Part shown: positions 1 through 9,083 of the stretch, in pieces
Numbering within the stretch: position 1 is the stretch's first letter
Layout: each line of letters begins with the position of its first letter
DNA from: Chloroflexota bacterium
Lineage (GTDB): Bacteria > Chloroflexota > UBA11872 > VXOZ01
Length of the DNA: 64,000 nucleotides
Direction of reading: 5' to 3'
Assembly (NCBI GenBank): GCA_965208315.1
Contig: OZ242329.1
Location: 3,371,080-3,435,079, forward strand
Translations under genes and position numbers: made by a program
The notes under the pieces: model-generated
The model's input: the letters and a program-made list of their open reading frames with translations, nothing else
What the model was told of the DNA's origin: nothing
Database searches by the model: none

Positions 1-155
1 AAACGCGCGCTAATGGCAACCTCTCGCCCCAAGCCCAACACCCGCGAGAGCACATAGCTCACCATCAGGATGGTCGCGCCGCCGGCCACGGTGCTGCGAC
101 CGGTCCGCAGCCACGCAAACCTGCCGGAAGAATTCGCGCTATCGGAATCTGACAT
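1..155 (-). CDS. murJ: Lipid II flippase MurJ/MviN, N-terminal part only (runs off the window edge; absent from the ORF track)
   Basis: Manual translation from the ATG at 155: MSDSDSANSSGRFAWLRTGRSTVAGGATILMVSYVLSRVLGLGREVAISARF. SRVLGLGRE...A..F is the characteristic MviN first-helix motif. Confidence 0.75.
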   Translation of the reverse strand, partial: MSDSDSANSSGRFAWLRTGRSTVAGGATILMVSYVLSRVLGLGREVAISAR

Positions 156-232
156 GATCTAACCGGAAGCGAAAGAAAAAATCGCGGAAAGTAGAACGGC
201 AAAGACCTAGAAATCACTACGAAAAGCATAAC

Positions 233-265
233 CCGTTCGCCCAGAGCCTGTCGAAGGGTGAACGG
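233..265. repeat. REP-like palindrome CCGTTCGCCCAGAGCCTGTCGAAGGGTGAACGG
   Basis: Imperfect hairpin. Its last 16 nt recur exactly, in inverted orientation, at 2132-2147. Confidence 0.65.
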
Positions 266-563
266 ATACCGGCGGTAACAGATCGCATCCGGCGTTCCCG
301 CGGACTCCAAGCCTTTCATTGAGGACGTATCGGAAGGAAGCGGTTTGGGAGGTTGGTGAAACTGGGCAGTCCCTAGTCCGCTCTTGACGGTGCATTTAGG
401 GACGAATCTCACTGCTCGAAGGCTCATTTTAAGAAGATCAAGGAATGCACCTAATGTGCCTTAGGGCCGACAAAGTCCAGGTTTGCCCGTTGTGGCTGTG
501 TAGTCGCGACCGGCCCGAGCGGTAGTGCCGCCTAGAGCGAGGAGACGGAAAGAGAGGATAGCG

Positions 564-1740
564 CTAAGGCCAGTGACTGGCGTGCATCAAAAGGTGATCG
601 AACCGAGGATTGCCCCGCAAAGGGTCAAATACCTGAGAGGTCAAGAGGAAGAGGAGGGTCTTACCAAGATCAACGCTTGGCTCCCTTTCACTCAAAGAGG
701 CTTCTAAATGCTGAAAAGCGCCGTCAAGATCGCCCTTCTCCAGACAACGTTTTGCCTTCCGGTAATGCATCAGGAAGTCTTCACCGCCCCCGGCAAGACT
801 GTCTTGCAGCGCCTGCTCAACCTCAACGTCACCGGCCATGGGATCGAGTGTGCCCTTCAGGTCTCCGTAGGCGCGTTGCGCAAGCGCACTGAAACGGGGA
901 TCCTTGCGCGCAGGGTCATACGTATCCGTGCTTAAGACAAGCAGGAGGGTTTCACCATGATCGAATTTGCCGACGACGGTCGTAGGATCTTTCAGGGATA
1001 CGTCGAGATGCTCCAACGCTTCGCTTATGTCGCCGCACCCTACCAGGAACTTCGCCTGTTGGTAATTCAACATGAAGCTCCTGCCGTGCGCCACAAGTCC
1101 GGCGCGCACCGCCGACGCGGCCTCGTCATGCCTGCCCAGTGACTCCAAGACTCCAGCCAGATTGCTACAGGCGTTTGCAAGTACCACGTCGCGTTCTTCT
1201 GGAGACGTTTTCGGCTTCGCATGCGCTCTACGCAAATCTACCGCTGCCTGTAGGTGCGTTAGCGCACGCTCGTAATCGCGTATAGCGTTGTAGGCCAAGC
1301 CAAGTTCGTGGTGAATGTCGTCATTCGGCCCGCGTGAAGCAAGTTCTCGTTCCAAGCGGGGGAATGATTTCGTCATAGCGGCCTTCGGCATATTGATGGG
1401 GATACTTGCTGGTATGCGTCCAGATCATGAACTTCGGCCGGAATTGGATGTGACCTAGTTCAGGCAGCCACCAACTGAGTTTGGAGTAGAGATAGCGCAG
1501 CACCCACATCTTGCCAAAGTGGGCGCGAAGCAGGCCGCGGTTGAGTTCCGCAGCGTCGCCAAGCGACGCCACGGCTTCCCGCTCTGCACGCTTGCGCTCA
1601 CTGCCCTGCGCTACCTTTTGCTCTATCGCGTCTTCCAGGTGCGCGCGCAGTTCGTCTCTGGCCTCACCGCGTTTTCGGAACGGCAGTCCCGCCACGGCTT
1701 TACGGAGAAACCGTTCCGTTTCCGGCGTCAAGCGCGCCAT
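564..1740 (-). pseudogene. HAAS (permease-prefix) domain + TPR protein, split by a 1-base insertion in the G5 run at 1358-1362 (about 391 aa if repaired)
   Basis: ORF 1321-1740 has the HAAS signature (FLRKAVAGLP..RGEARDELRAHLED..AEREAVASLGD). Removing one C from ATT CCC CCG CTT joins YAEGRYDEIIP to RLERELASRGPNDDIHHELGLAY, giving a continuous TPR that leads into ORF 564-1391. Real lesion or sequencing error is unresolved. Confidence 0.75.
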
Positions 1741-2041
1741 TGATAGCCTCCACCAGTGTGTGCCAGTGCTCGCGGCGTTCGGCCAGCGCCTTGCGGCCCC
1801 GCGCCGTCAGGCGATAGTAGCGGCGGCGCGGTCCGCGCGGGCTGTCTTGCCAGAAGGTCTCTACCAACTCTTCCGCCTCCAGGCGATGCAGCGCGGGGTA
1901 GAGCGTGCCCTCTTTGAACGTGAGCACGCCGTTGGTGCGCTCGCGCAGCGCCTCCGCAAGCTCAAACCCATACATCGGCCGCGCTGCCAGCAGGTCGAGC
2001 AGCAACAGGCTGGCCGTGCCTTTGCGTAATTCGCGTAACAT
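1700..2041 (-). CDS. PadR-family transcriptional regulator (start reassigned to the ATG at 2041)
   Basis: MLRELRKGTASLLLLDLLAARPMYGFEL...EGTLYPALHRLE...GPRRRYYRLTARGR are the canonical PadR wHTH motifs. It lies upstream of a HAAS-domain gene. Confidence 0.93.
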   Translation of the reverse strand: MLRELRKGTASLLLLDLLAARPMYGFELAEALRERTNGVLTFKEGTLYPALHRLEAEELVETFWQDSPRGPRRRYYRLTARGRKALAERREHWHTLVEAINGALDAGNGTVSP

Positions 2042-2076
2042 GTATATAGAATATCTAGGTAGCGGCAAGAGTGCAA
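2042..2076 (-). promoter_or_regulatory. Leaderless sigma70-type promoter for padR with an overlapping imperfect inverted repeat (candidate auto-operator)
   Basis: The minus strand reads TTGCAC-17 nt-TATTCT-6 nt-ATG with no SD. The inverted repeat TACCTAGA-tat-TCTATATA (2043-2061, 6/8 match) covers the -10 box. Confidence 0.55.
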
Positions 2077-2231
2077 GACCTTCGAGGAAGTTTTCGCACA
2101 GGTTCTTCGGTCACATGCCCAGGGACACAGCCCGTTCACCCTTCGACTGGTTAGGGACAGCATGAATCAAGGCCTGCCCCGCAAGAGATTCGGGGCAGGA
2201 ATCCAGAATATGCGCAACGAAGGTAGAAGCC

Positions 2232-2268
2232 GCGCCCCCGTACGAGGGCGAGCTTGCGCGGGAATGAC
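2232..2268. repeat. GTCATTCCCGCG-type REP variant with an inserted GC hairpin
   Basis: CCGCGCCCCCGTACGAGGGCGAGCTTGCGCGGGAATGAC; related copies at about 25415-25462 and 40123-40161. Confidence 0.55.
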
Positions 2269-2417
2269 AGGATTGACTACGATTCATTTGCACAGTAATG
2301 ACGGCGCACCAACGCAAGAACGCGATCAAGCCCGAATCTACTCATACCGCAAATAAACCTATATGCGAACGGTAGCCTATTCTTGAGACTCGAGGCAGCG
2401 CTGAGAGGAGCAGGACG

Positions 2418-3737
2418 ATGCTTGGACGCAGAGCTTTGATGGCGAGTGCGGCCGCGCTGGCAGGTGGGTGCGGGCCTTTCGGATCTTCCATGACGGTCCC
2501 GAGCCGGCCACAAGCAACCGCACTGACTTGGCACACGCTTGGTTTACCCGATCTCCTTGACCTGGGTGGAAGCCTTGAGGGTCACAAGCAGAGAATCCAA
2601 GAGATAGTGGTTGCATTGGAGGAAGATGGAGAAAATCCCAATGGCCCGGCACGCGGAAGCTACACACTGACGGCGCGCATACCAGAGTATCCGGAGGAAT
2701 TTTCAGAATCGACTTCCTTTAGCTTTGATGAGCTTGCAGAGTGGTTGGGCGGCCTTGAAGCGGATCTCTTCAGTGTGGATTCTTGGACGGCCCGAATCTT
2801 GGGGGAACGGGGCGTGATACTGCCCTTGGACCGGTTCATTGCCAATGATGAGCCGAAGTTTAGCCAGGAGTTTTACCCTTACGCGCTTGATCAGTTCCGG
2901 GAAGATGGCAAGCTCTACGCCTTGCCGATAAACGTGGATCCGCAATTGCTGCACTACGATGCTGCCTACTTTGCAGAGCAGGGGGTGCGGCCGGTGGACG
3001 AGAGTTGGGACTGGGACGACCTGGTGGAGAGTGCGGAGAGGCTGACACGGCGCGGTGAAGATGGCACCGTGACGCGCTGGGGGCTCATGCCGCAACTGAA
3101 TGGTCTTTGGTGGGCGCTGTGGCAGAACGAAGCGGAACTGGCTGACCCGATAACGGGGCGGTGCCGCTTGCAGGATGCCACTGCCGGCGAAGCCCTCCAG
3201 TTCTGCCGCGACCTGCTGCACGAGCATCGCGTCGCTCCACCTGTAGGAGGCAACGACGTGTGGAGTATATTCTCAGCGCCAGATATATTGTCTACACCAC
3301 GGGATTCGTTGCCAGCGATGATCTTTAGTCGGCACAATGTGTCGCCCCGCCCCGCTTACCGCTGGGCGGCCTTGCCTCGGGGCAGAGTGCGCAGCGTGCC
3401 GGTGGCTGCCGGCATGGGCCTCGCCATTGCCGCGCAGACAGAGCACACAGAGAAGGCGTATACGGCGTTGAAGGGTCTCCTCCAAACCCTGCAACGGTTT
3501 GTCGCCGTGCCTGCGCAGAAGGAAGCGGTCGCGCGTCTGGGGGAAATTCACCCAAGCCTGCTGCCGGAGGAGGTGACGGCGGTGCAGCGATCTTTGGAAC
3601 ATGGGCGCGCGATACCAGAAGACCTGCAGGCCTGGGCCGCTATGCACGACATCGTCGATGGTCTCGCGCGCGGTGACGAGGTGTCAGCCGTCGTCACCTC
3701 GGCCTGTACTACATTAGAGCGGGCTGTTCTGCGGTAG
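2418..3737 (+). CDS. Extracellular solute-binding lipoprotein, sugar-type family 1 (orphan)
   Basis: Twin-Arg-like signal with lipobox (MLGRRALMASAAALAGGC), plus ILPLDRFI, DGKLYALP, LHYDAAYF and WDWDDLVESAERLT motifs. RBS GAGGAG upstream. Confidence 0.85.
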   Translation: MLGRRALMASAAALAGGCGPFGSSMTVPSRPQATALTWHTLGLPDLLDLGGSLEGHKQRIQEIVVALEEDGENPNGPARGSYTLTARIPEYPEEFSESTSFSFDELAEWLGGLEADLFSVDSWTARILGERGVILPLDRFIANDEPKFSQEFYPYALDQFREDGKLYALPINVDPQLLHYDAAYFAEQGVRPVDESWDWDDLVESAERLTRRGEDGTVTRWGLMPQLNGLWWALWQNEAELADPITGRCRLQDATAGEALQFCRDLLHEHRVAPPVGGNDVWSIFSAPDILSTPRDSLPAMIFSRHNVSPRPAYRWAALPRGRVRSVPVAAGMGLAIAAQTEHTEKAYTALKGLLQTLQRFVAVPAQKEAVARLGEIHPSLLPEEVTAVQRSLEHGRAIPEDLQAWAAMHDIVDGLARGDEVSAVVTSACTTLERAVLR

Positions 3738-3856
3738 ATAGAAAGTGAAATACTTCATCATTGCAAGTTTAGCAACATCTTCGAGCGCTTATAGATGCTT
3801 TTTAGACCCAAGAGCGTCGGCACGCGATCGCGTGGCTAGGAAGTCTGTATCCCTGT

Positions 3857-3884
3857 TTCGCATTCGAACGCCGTGCCGTATAAT
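3857..3884 (+). promoter_or_regulatory. Candidate sigma70 promoter of guaB
   Basis: TTCGCA-16 nt-TATAAT; the perfect -10 box is about 57 nt before the GTG start. Confidence 0.45.
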
Positions 3885-3941
3885 GGGGGCAAGAGGACAC
3901 AGCGAGCGTGAGCGTTTACTGCACCAGAGGAGGGACTGCCG

Positions 3942-5483
3942 GTGATACGGAATGATACCGCCGGGAGCGAGGGCATAGACACCACTCTTGAGCCCCAAGC
4001 TCCGACCAGCGACCCCGTGTCCAATGCTAAGATGCTAAAGCACGGCCTAACCTTTGACGACGTTGTACTCATTCCCGACTATTCCGCTGTTCTGCCCAAA
4101 GACGCCGATACCCGCACGTGGCTGACTCCGTCCATCGCCCTCAATATCCCGCTCATCTCCGCCGCCATGGATACCGTGACCGAAGCGCGCCTGGCAATTG
4201 CCCTGGCGCGGGAAGGCGGCATTGGCGTCATTCACCGCAACTTGGAAATTGACGTGCAGGCTGCCGAGGTTGACAAGGTCAAACGCTCGGAAGCCGGTAT
4301 GATTGTGGACCCCATCACCCTGGGTCCCAATGCCACGGTGCGCCAGGCCGTGGACCTGATGGAACGCTACCATATCTCCGGCGTGCCCATCACCGAGAAC
4401 GGCAAACTGGTGGGCATTCTCACCAACCGCGACATCCGCTTCGAAGAGAATCTCGACCAGCCGGTGCAGAACGTGATGACCAAAGAGGGTCTTATCACGG
4501 TTCCTGTTGGCACCACGCTGGAAGAGGCCAAGGATGTACTGCGCCGCCACCGCATCGAAAAAGTGCCGGTAGTTGACGGCAACTTCATGCTCAAGGGCCT
4601 TATAACTGTTAAGGATATTGCCAAGAAGATCCAGTTTCCGTTGGCGACCAAGGACGAAAAAGGACGCCTGCGCGTGGGCGCGGCCGTCGGCACGAACGTC
4701 GAGGGCGTCAAGCGCGCGCAAGAGGTCGTTGAGGCGGGCGTTGACGTGCTGGTGCTCGATAGCGCTCACGGCCACTCGGCCGGCGTAATTGAGACGCTGC
4801 GCAAGTTCAAGACGTTGTTCGACGTGCCGGTGATCGCCGGTAACATCGCCACCGCAGCCGCGGCGGAAGACCTCATCAAGGCCGGCGCCGATGCGGTGAA
4901 AGTCGGCGTGGGGCCCGCTTCCATTTGCACGACGCGAGTCGTGACCGGTACCGGCGTGCCGCAGATTACGGCAATTGCCGACGTGACCGCCGTTGCCTCC
5001 CAGTACGGCATCCCCGTCATTGCCGACGGCGGCATTCAATACGCGGGCGACGTGGCCAAGGCCATCGCCGCCGGCGCGGACTCGGTCATGATCGGCTCCC
5101 TTTTCGCGGGTGTTGAAGAGAGTCCGGGCGAGGTGGTGCTCTACCAGGGCGAGCAGTTCAAGGAGTACCGCGGCATGGGCTCGCTGGGCGCCATGAAGGC
5201 GCGTACCGCCAGCCGCGACCGCTACTTCCAGGACTACATCGGCGAGGAAGCCAAGCTCGTGCCGGAAGGCATCGAGGGCCGCGTGCAGTACAAGGGCCCG
5301 CTCTCAGCCATGGTGATCCAACTCGTCGGCGGCCTCCGCCAGGCCATGGGCTACTGCGGCAATGCCACTATCCAGGAGATGAAGGAACACGCGCGCTTCG
5401 TCCGCATGACCGCCTCCGGCCTCCGCGAAGCCCACCCCCACGACGTGATCCTGACCAAGGAAGCGCCGAACTACTCGCGGTAA
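3942..5483 (+). CDS. guaB: IMP dehydrogenase with CBS subdomain
   Basis: [23 protein letters not shown], two CBS repeats, active-site [15 protein letters not shown] and YRGMGS. RBS AGGAGG before the GTG. Confidence 0.98.
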   Translation: MIRNDTAGSEGIDTTLEPQAPTSDPVSNAKMLKHGLTFDDVVLIPDYSAVLPKDADTRTWLTPSIALNIPLISAAMDTVTEARLAIALAREGGIGVIHRNLEIDVQAAEVDKVKRSEAGMIVDPITLGPNATVRQAVDLMERYHISGVPITENGKLVGILTNRDIRFEENLDQPVQNVMTKEGLITVPVGTTLEEAKDVLRRHRIEKVPVVDGNFMLKGLITVKDIAKKIQFPLATKDEKGRLRVGAAVGTNVEGVKRAQEVVEAGVDVLVLDSAHGHSAGVIETLRKFKTLFDVPVIAGNIATAAAAEDLIKAGADAVKVGVGPASICTTRVVTGTGVPQITAIADVTAVASQYGIPVIADGGIQYAGDVAKAIAAGADSVMIGSLFAGVEESPGEVVLYQGEQFKEYRGMGSLGAMKARTASRDRYFQDYIGEEAKLVPEGIEGRVQYKGPLSAMVIQLVGGLRQAMGYCGNATIQEMKEHARFVRMTASGLREAHPHDVILTKEAPNYSR

Positions 5484-5531
5484 TTGGCAAGATTGCTTCT
5501 TTTGGATAGGTCGATCTCTTACTTGGGTAGG

Positions 5532-5542
5532 CTGATCTCTTA
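5532..5542 (+). repeat. 11-bp direct repeat CTGATCTCTTA, left boundary of the R-M cassette
   Basis: Identical copy at 7474-7484. A near-copy also lies 21 bp upstream (TAGGTCGATCTCTTA 5507-5521 vs TAGGCTGATCTCTTA 5528-5542). Confidence 0.7.
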
Positions 5543-5558
5543 ATGGGAACTTGACCAA

Positions 5559-6878
5559 ATGAGTGTCCAGGGTGTATTGGAACTTGATGAGAAATCCTTC
5601 CGCGACCCCGCGTTTACTTCAAACCGTGAGGCGCCTGTCCATCGGTGGGTTCCCTGGATCGCAGGATATTCAAAGCATTTCGTTGCAGACGCAATCGCTC
5701 GCTACGCGAATTCGCGTAGTATCGTCCTCGATCCGTTTGCAGGTGTTGGAACCACGCTTATTGAAGCGGATCTCGCAGGGCATGAAGTCATTGGCTTTGA
5801 GATAAATCCCTATGCCGCTTTCGCCGCGCAGACGAAGCTGAACGCACATCGCGTAAGCCCTGACTGTTTACGTAAAGCTGTGCAAGGATTTGGCACGTTC
5901 ATGCGGAGTGCTCTCCGCAAGGGCAGAATGCCACACTCGAAACCCCCTCAGGGTTTTCGCACGCGCTCCCCGTTTTACAGTCCTAGAGTTCAGCATAAAG
6001 TGCTCTTGGCGCTAGATTTCATTGGCGAACAAGACACTCCAATTGCAGACCTCTTCCGGCTCGCGTTCGCTGCTTCTATGGTTGAATATTCCAACTATTC
6101 GTACGAACCAAGTCTAGGCCGCAAGGTGACCGTGGGACGTCCAGAGGTAGAAGACTTTCAAGTTACGGAATTGCTCGCCAAGAGAGTGTCGCAGATGGCA
6201 GATGACGTTGATTGGTATCGTCACACAAGACTGCCTGGTAAGCGACGAGATGGTCGCATTATCGAAGAGTCTTTCTTCGATGGATACCAGCAGATTGAAG
6301 AGCATAGCGTAGACCTGCTAATCACTTCGCCTCCCTATCTAAATAACTATCATTACAACCGAAACACCCGTCCCCATCTGTATTGGTTGGGCTATTGCAG
6401 TTCTCCGCAGGACTTTAAGCGCTTGGAGAAACTGAACTTTGGCACCTACTGGCAGAACGCCCGAGATCAGGAATATATCGAACTCGATCCATCGATTGAG
6501 GATGTTGAAATTCGCCAGACGATTGAGTCGGTTAGGCAGAAGAACCCTGAGAAAGGCATATATGGCGGAACTGGTTGGGCCAACTATGCAGCGCATTACT
6601 TCAACGACTGTCTACGCTTTGTTAACGGCGCAAACTGGTGCCTCCGGTCTGGTGCGACCGCGTTAGTAGTGATTGGGAACAGTATTCTGCAGGGCGTACC
6701 TGTTCCAACTGACCAATTCCTTGCAAGAATTGCAGAAGCAAGTGGTTTCAAAATCGTTGGCATCCACGTTCCAAGAGAGGCTAGAGTGGGAAGTAGTATC
6801 GTTGATTCTAGCGTGCGTGCGGGATCGGGTAATGGCCACGGACTTTACGAAGCAATTGTTGAAATGCGCCGACTATGA
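5559..6878 (+). CDS. Amino-methyltransferase, probably N4-cytosine, alpha-type motif order (type II R-M modification subunit)
   Basis: Motif I VLDPFAGVGTT near the N-terminus and motif IV ITSPPY later; N-terminal PVHRWVPWIAGYS. AT-richer than the flanks. ATGA overlap with the nuclease gene. Confidence 0.92.
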   Translation: MSVQGVLELDEKSFRDPAFTSNREAPVHRWVPWIAGYSKHFVADAIARYANSRSIVLDPFAGVGTTLIEADLAGHEVIGFEINPYAAFAAQTKLNAHRVSPDCLRKAVQGFGTFMRSALRKGRMPHSKPPQGFRTRSPFYSPRVQHKVLLALDFIGEQDTPIADLFRLAFAASMVEYSNYSYEPSLGRKVTVGRPEVEDFQVTELLAKRVSQMADDVDWYRHTRLPGKRRDGRIIEESFFDGYQQIEEHSVDLLITSPPYLNNYHYNRNTRPHLYWLGYCSSPQDFKRLEKLNFGTYWQNARDQEYIELDPSIEDVEIRQTIESVRQKNPEKGIYGGTGWANYAAHYFNDCLRFVNGANWCLRSGATALVVIGNSILQGVPVPTDQFLARIAEASGFKIVGIHVPREARVGSSIVDSSVRAGSGNGHGLYEAIVEMRRL

Positions 6879-7467
6879 CCGTAGAACTCTACGATCCCCT
6901 AACCTACGACAACCTGATGGCCGGAATGGTTCTGCAATTTGAGAAACAACCCTTGGAACCGCTGAAGTCCATTGAGATTGCAAGTGGGCCGGGCATTACT
7001 CTCTGTTCTATACCGGAAACTTACCTGTCTACGATTCGATAACAGGGAGCGAATCACCTATATATGTGGGCAAAGCTGTTCCTCCAGGATCTCGCAAAGG
7101 GGAGGACGTAGATGTAAGCAAGCCAGCATTGCGAGGCAGAATCAGAGAGCATGCTCGGTCCATTGGACAGGTTCGAAACCTTGATGTGTTCGACTTCTCG
7201 TGCCGATATCTGATCGTAGTTCCCGTTTGGATCACGTTGGCCGAGCGTTTCTTGATAGATCACTACAAGCCAGTTTGGAACCTGTGTTTGGAAGGCTTTG
7301 GCGATCACGATCCAGGTAGTGGTCGGCGGAATAGCCAACGCAGTTGGTGGGACACGCTTTATCCTGGACGAAAGTGGGCTGATAAGCTCGCTATTGGTAG
7401 AAAGTCCGATGACGCCGAGAAAATGGTGGCCGACTTCTTCTCTACGCTGTCCAATGAGCGCGTGTAG
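6875..7467 (+). pseudogene. Eco29kI-family GIY-YIG restriction endonuclease, frameshifted at 6996-6997 (about 197 aa if one T is restored)
   Basis: The ATG at 6875 gives MTVELYDPLTYDNL...GPGI. Adding a T gives GIYSLFYTGNL...PIYVGKAVPPGSRKG, then LRGRIREH, LAERFLI, WN, GFGDHDPGSGR and WDTLYPGRKWA, all typical of the Eco29kI family. Confidence 0.85.
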
Positions 7468-7473
7468 TTGGCT

Positions 7474-7484
7474 CTGATCTCTTA
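7474..7484 (+). repeat. 11-bp direct repeat CTGATCTCTTA, right boundary of the R-M cassette
   Basis: Identical to 5532-5542; begins 6 nt after the nuclease stop codon. Confidence 0.7.
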
Positions 7485-7607
7485 GCCGTGTGAATCGACT
7501 CGGCCAGTGTCCTGTGTGACAACGTTGCAACGTGTTATGTGACTCCCAATTGTAACGGGTCAAACGGCGCAAGAATCTGTGTGACTTGCTAATGGAAGCC
7601 ATATAAG

Positions 7608-8954
7608 TTGAAGACTTCTCTCAATCCACCTCCTGAGTGGTACATACCTCGCATTTCCGCTATCAGCCCAACCGGCCCGGAGATTGCGCTGGAGGTGGGG
7701 GAGACGGTTGAGCTCAGCGTAGAGATCGAGCCGTGGCAGACTCTGCCTGCCGAGCAGGACTGGCAGCGGCGGGCGGAGCCGGTGCTTTCCACGACGAACA
7801 CTGCGCAGGACTGGTCGCGGGTGATGCTCTACATGCCGCGCGTGATCCGCGCCGACGGCGTGTATAAGATGTGGTATGTGGCCACGTCCGGTCCGCCGCG
7901 GCCCGCCAACTGCCATCTGGGCTATGCCACGTCGGAAGACGGCATCCACTGGGAGGAGTATCCCGGTAATCCCATTGTCACCGATGAAGACTTGCAGAAC
8001 GCCGGCGGCTGGGGGTGGTGCTTTCAGAGTCCGTTCGTGCTCTACGATCTGGAAGAGCGCAAATATCGCATGTGGTTTTCCGCGTTGACACATTGGGAGC
8101 AAACGCAAGACGGCGAGCTTGTGGAGATGACGCAGCAGGTGGGCTATGCCGAGAGTCCGGACGGTATCGCGTGGGACATTCACCCCGAGCCGGTCACGCG
8201 CAGCGGGCGTTGTGCCACGGTGATCCAGGAGGCCGACGGCACCTTCAACATGTGGGCGAACGCCCGGCCGGACGGCGATCCCGATCCCAGTTCAATCTAC
8301 GGCCACATCATGCTATTGCGCTCAGCCGACGGCATTCATTGGGAGGAAGTGGCCGATGTGATCCAGCCGCAAGGCATCTACAAGTCGTGTGTTTATCCTC
8401 ACGTTATCCGCGACGGTCCGGGTTTCGTATTGTGGCACGGCGGCCACCGCGAGTCTCTGCGCGGCGACGTCGCCTTCGCCCGCGGTGCATTGGACGACGC
8501 CTACGGCGACTGGTTCGACCTCACGACCGCCCGCTCGGCAGACGGCCTGGCATGGACCGACCGGCCCGGGCTCCCCGTGTTTCCACCGAACGACGACAAA
8601 GACGCCTTCGACGCCCGCTACACGTCCACGCCCCACGTGCTCAAGCTGCCGGGCTGCTACGTGCTCTACTACTCCGCCCGCGACATGCTGGAGGGCTGGC
8701 TGCAAGCCGACGGCACGCCTGGCCCCGGCCGCGGCTTCGCCTACCGCCACATCGGCTACGCTTCATTGGAAGCTGAGGAGCACACAGATTCAACGCTCAG
8801 CTATGCGTGGTCAATCGATGGGGTACCGACCACAGGGAGTACGGCCTCTCTCCCATTCTCTGCGCGGGAGGCCGGAAAGCACGACGTCACGTGCCGCATC
8901 CAAAACGCCAATGGCAGTGCCGAATATACGTGGAAACTCATTGTGAACGATTAG
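7608..8954 (+). CDS. Five-bladed beta-propeller glycoside-hydrolase-like protein (GH32/43/130-like) nested in an Ig/PKD-like domain; start uncertain
   Basis: Five blades (VIRADGVYKMWY, VLYDLEERKYRMWF, VIQEADGTFNMW, VIRDGPGFVLWH, VLKLPGCYVLYY) and four Asp-boxes (SEDGIHW, SPDGIAW, SADGIHW, SADGLAW). Ig-type strands occur at both ends. Confidence 0.75.
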   Translation: MKTSLNPPPEWYIPRISAISPTGPEIALEVGETVELSVEIEPWQTLPAEQDWQRRAEPVLSTTNTAQDWSRVMLYMPRVIRADGVYKMWYVATSGPPRPANCHLGYATSEDGIHWEEYPGNPIVTDEDLQNAGGWGWCFQSPFVLYDLEERKYRMWFSALTHWEQTQDGELVEMTQQVGYAESPDGIAWDIHPEPVTRSGRCATVIQEADGTFNMWANARPDGDPDPSSIYGHIMLLRSADGIHWEEVADVIQPQGIYKSCVYPHVIRDGPGFVLWHGGHRESLRGDVAFARGALDDAYGDWFDLTTARSADGLAWTDRPGLPVFPPNDDKDAFDARYTSTPHVLKLPGCYVLYYSARDMLEGWLQADGTPGPGRGFAYRHIGYASLEAEEHTDSTLSYAWSIDGVPTTGSTASLPFSAREAGKHDVTCRIQNANGSAEYTWKLIVND

Positions 8955-9016
8955 CCTGTGGCGTCCCCTCTGTCGTACATCAAAAAGGGATCGCCAGCCA
9001 CCTATGCATTGAGAGC

Positions 9017-9044
9017 GTAGGGGCACGACATATCGTGCCCCTAC
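9017..9044. repeat. GTAG-type REP palindrome, family A (GTAGGGGCACGAYATATCGTGCCCCTAC)
   Basis: Near-perfect 28-bp palindrome; further copies at 14340-14362, 14379-14406 and 51253-51280. Confidence 0.85.
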
Positions 9045-9083
9045 AACGGTTCAAGCGCGCTTTCGACAGTGGGCGGAAAACAG

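Noticed and set aside
4909-4935. GPASICTTR instead of GPGSICTTR in the IMPDH active-site loop
   Set aside because: The catalytic Cys and the rest of the loop are intact; a single conservative change is not evidence of altered function.
4047-5039. Long antisense/overlapping track ORFs (e.g. 4047-5039, 10226-11200, 23492-24673, 36546-38399, 49369-50520, 51672-52637)
   Set aside because: They shadow well-supported genes on the opposite strand, have no family motifs, and are expected from high GC3 codon usage.
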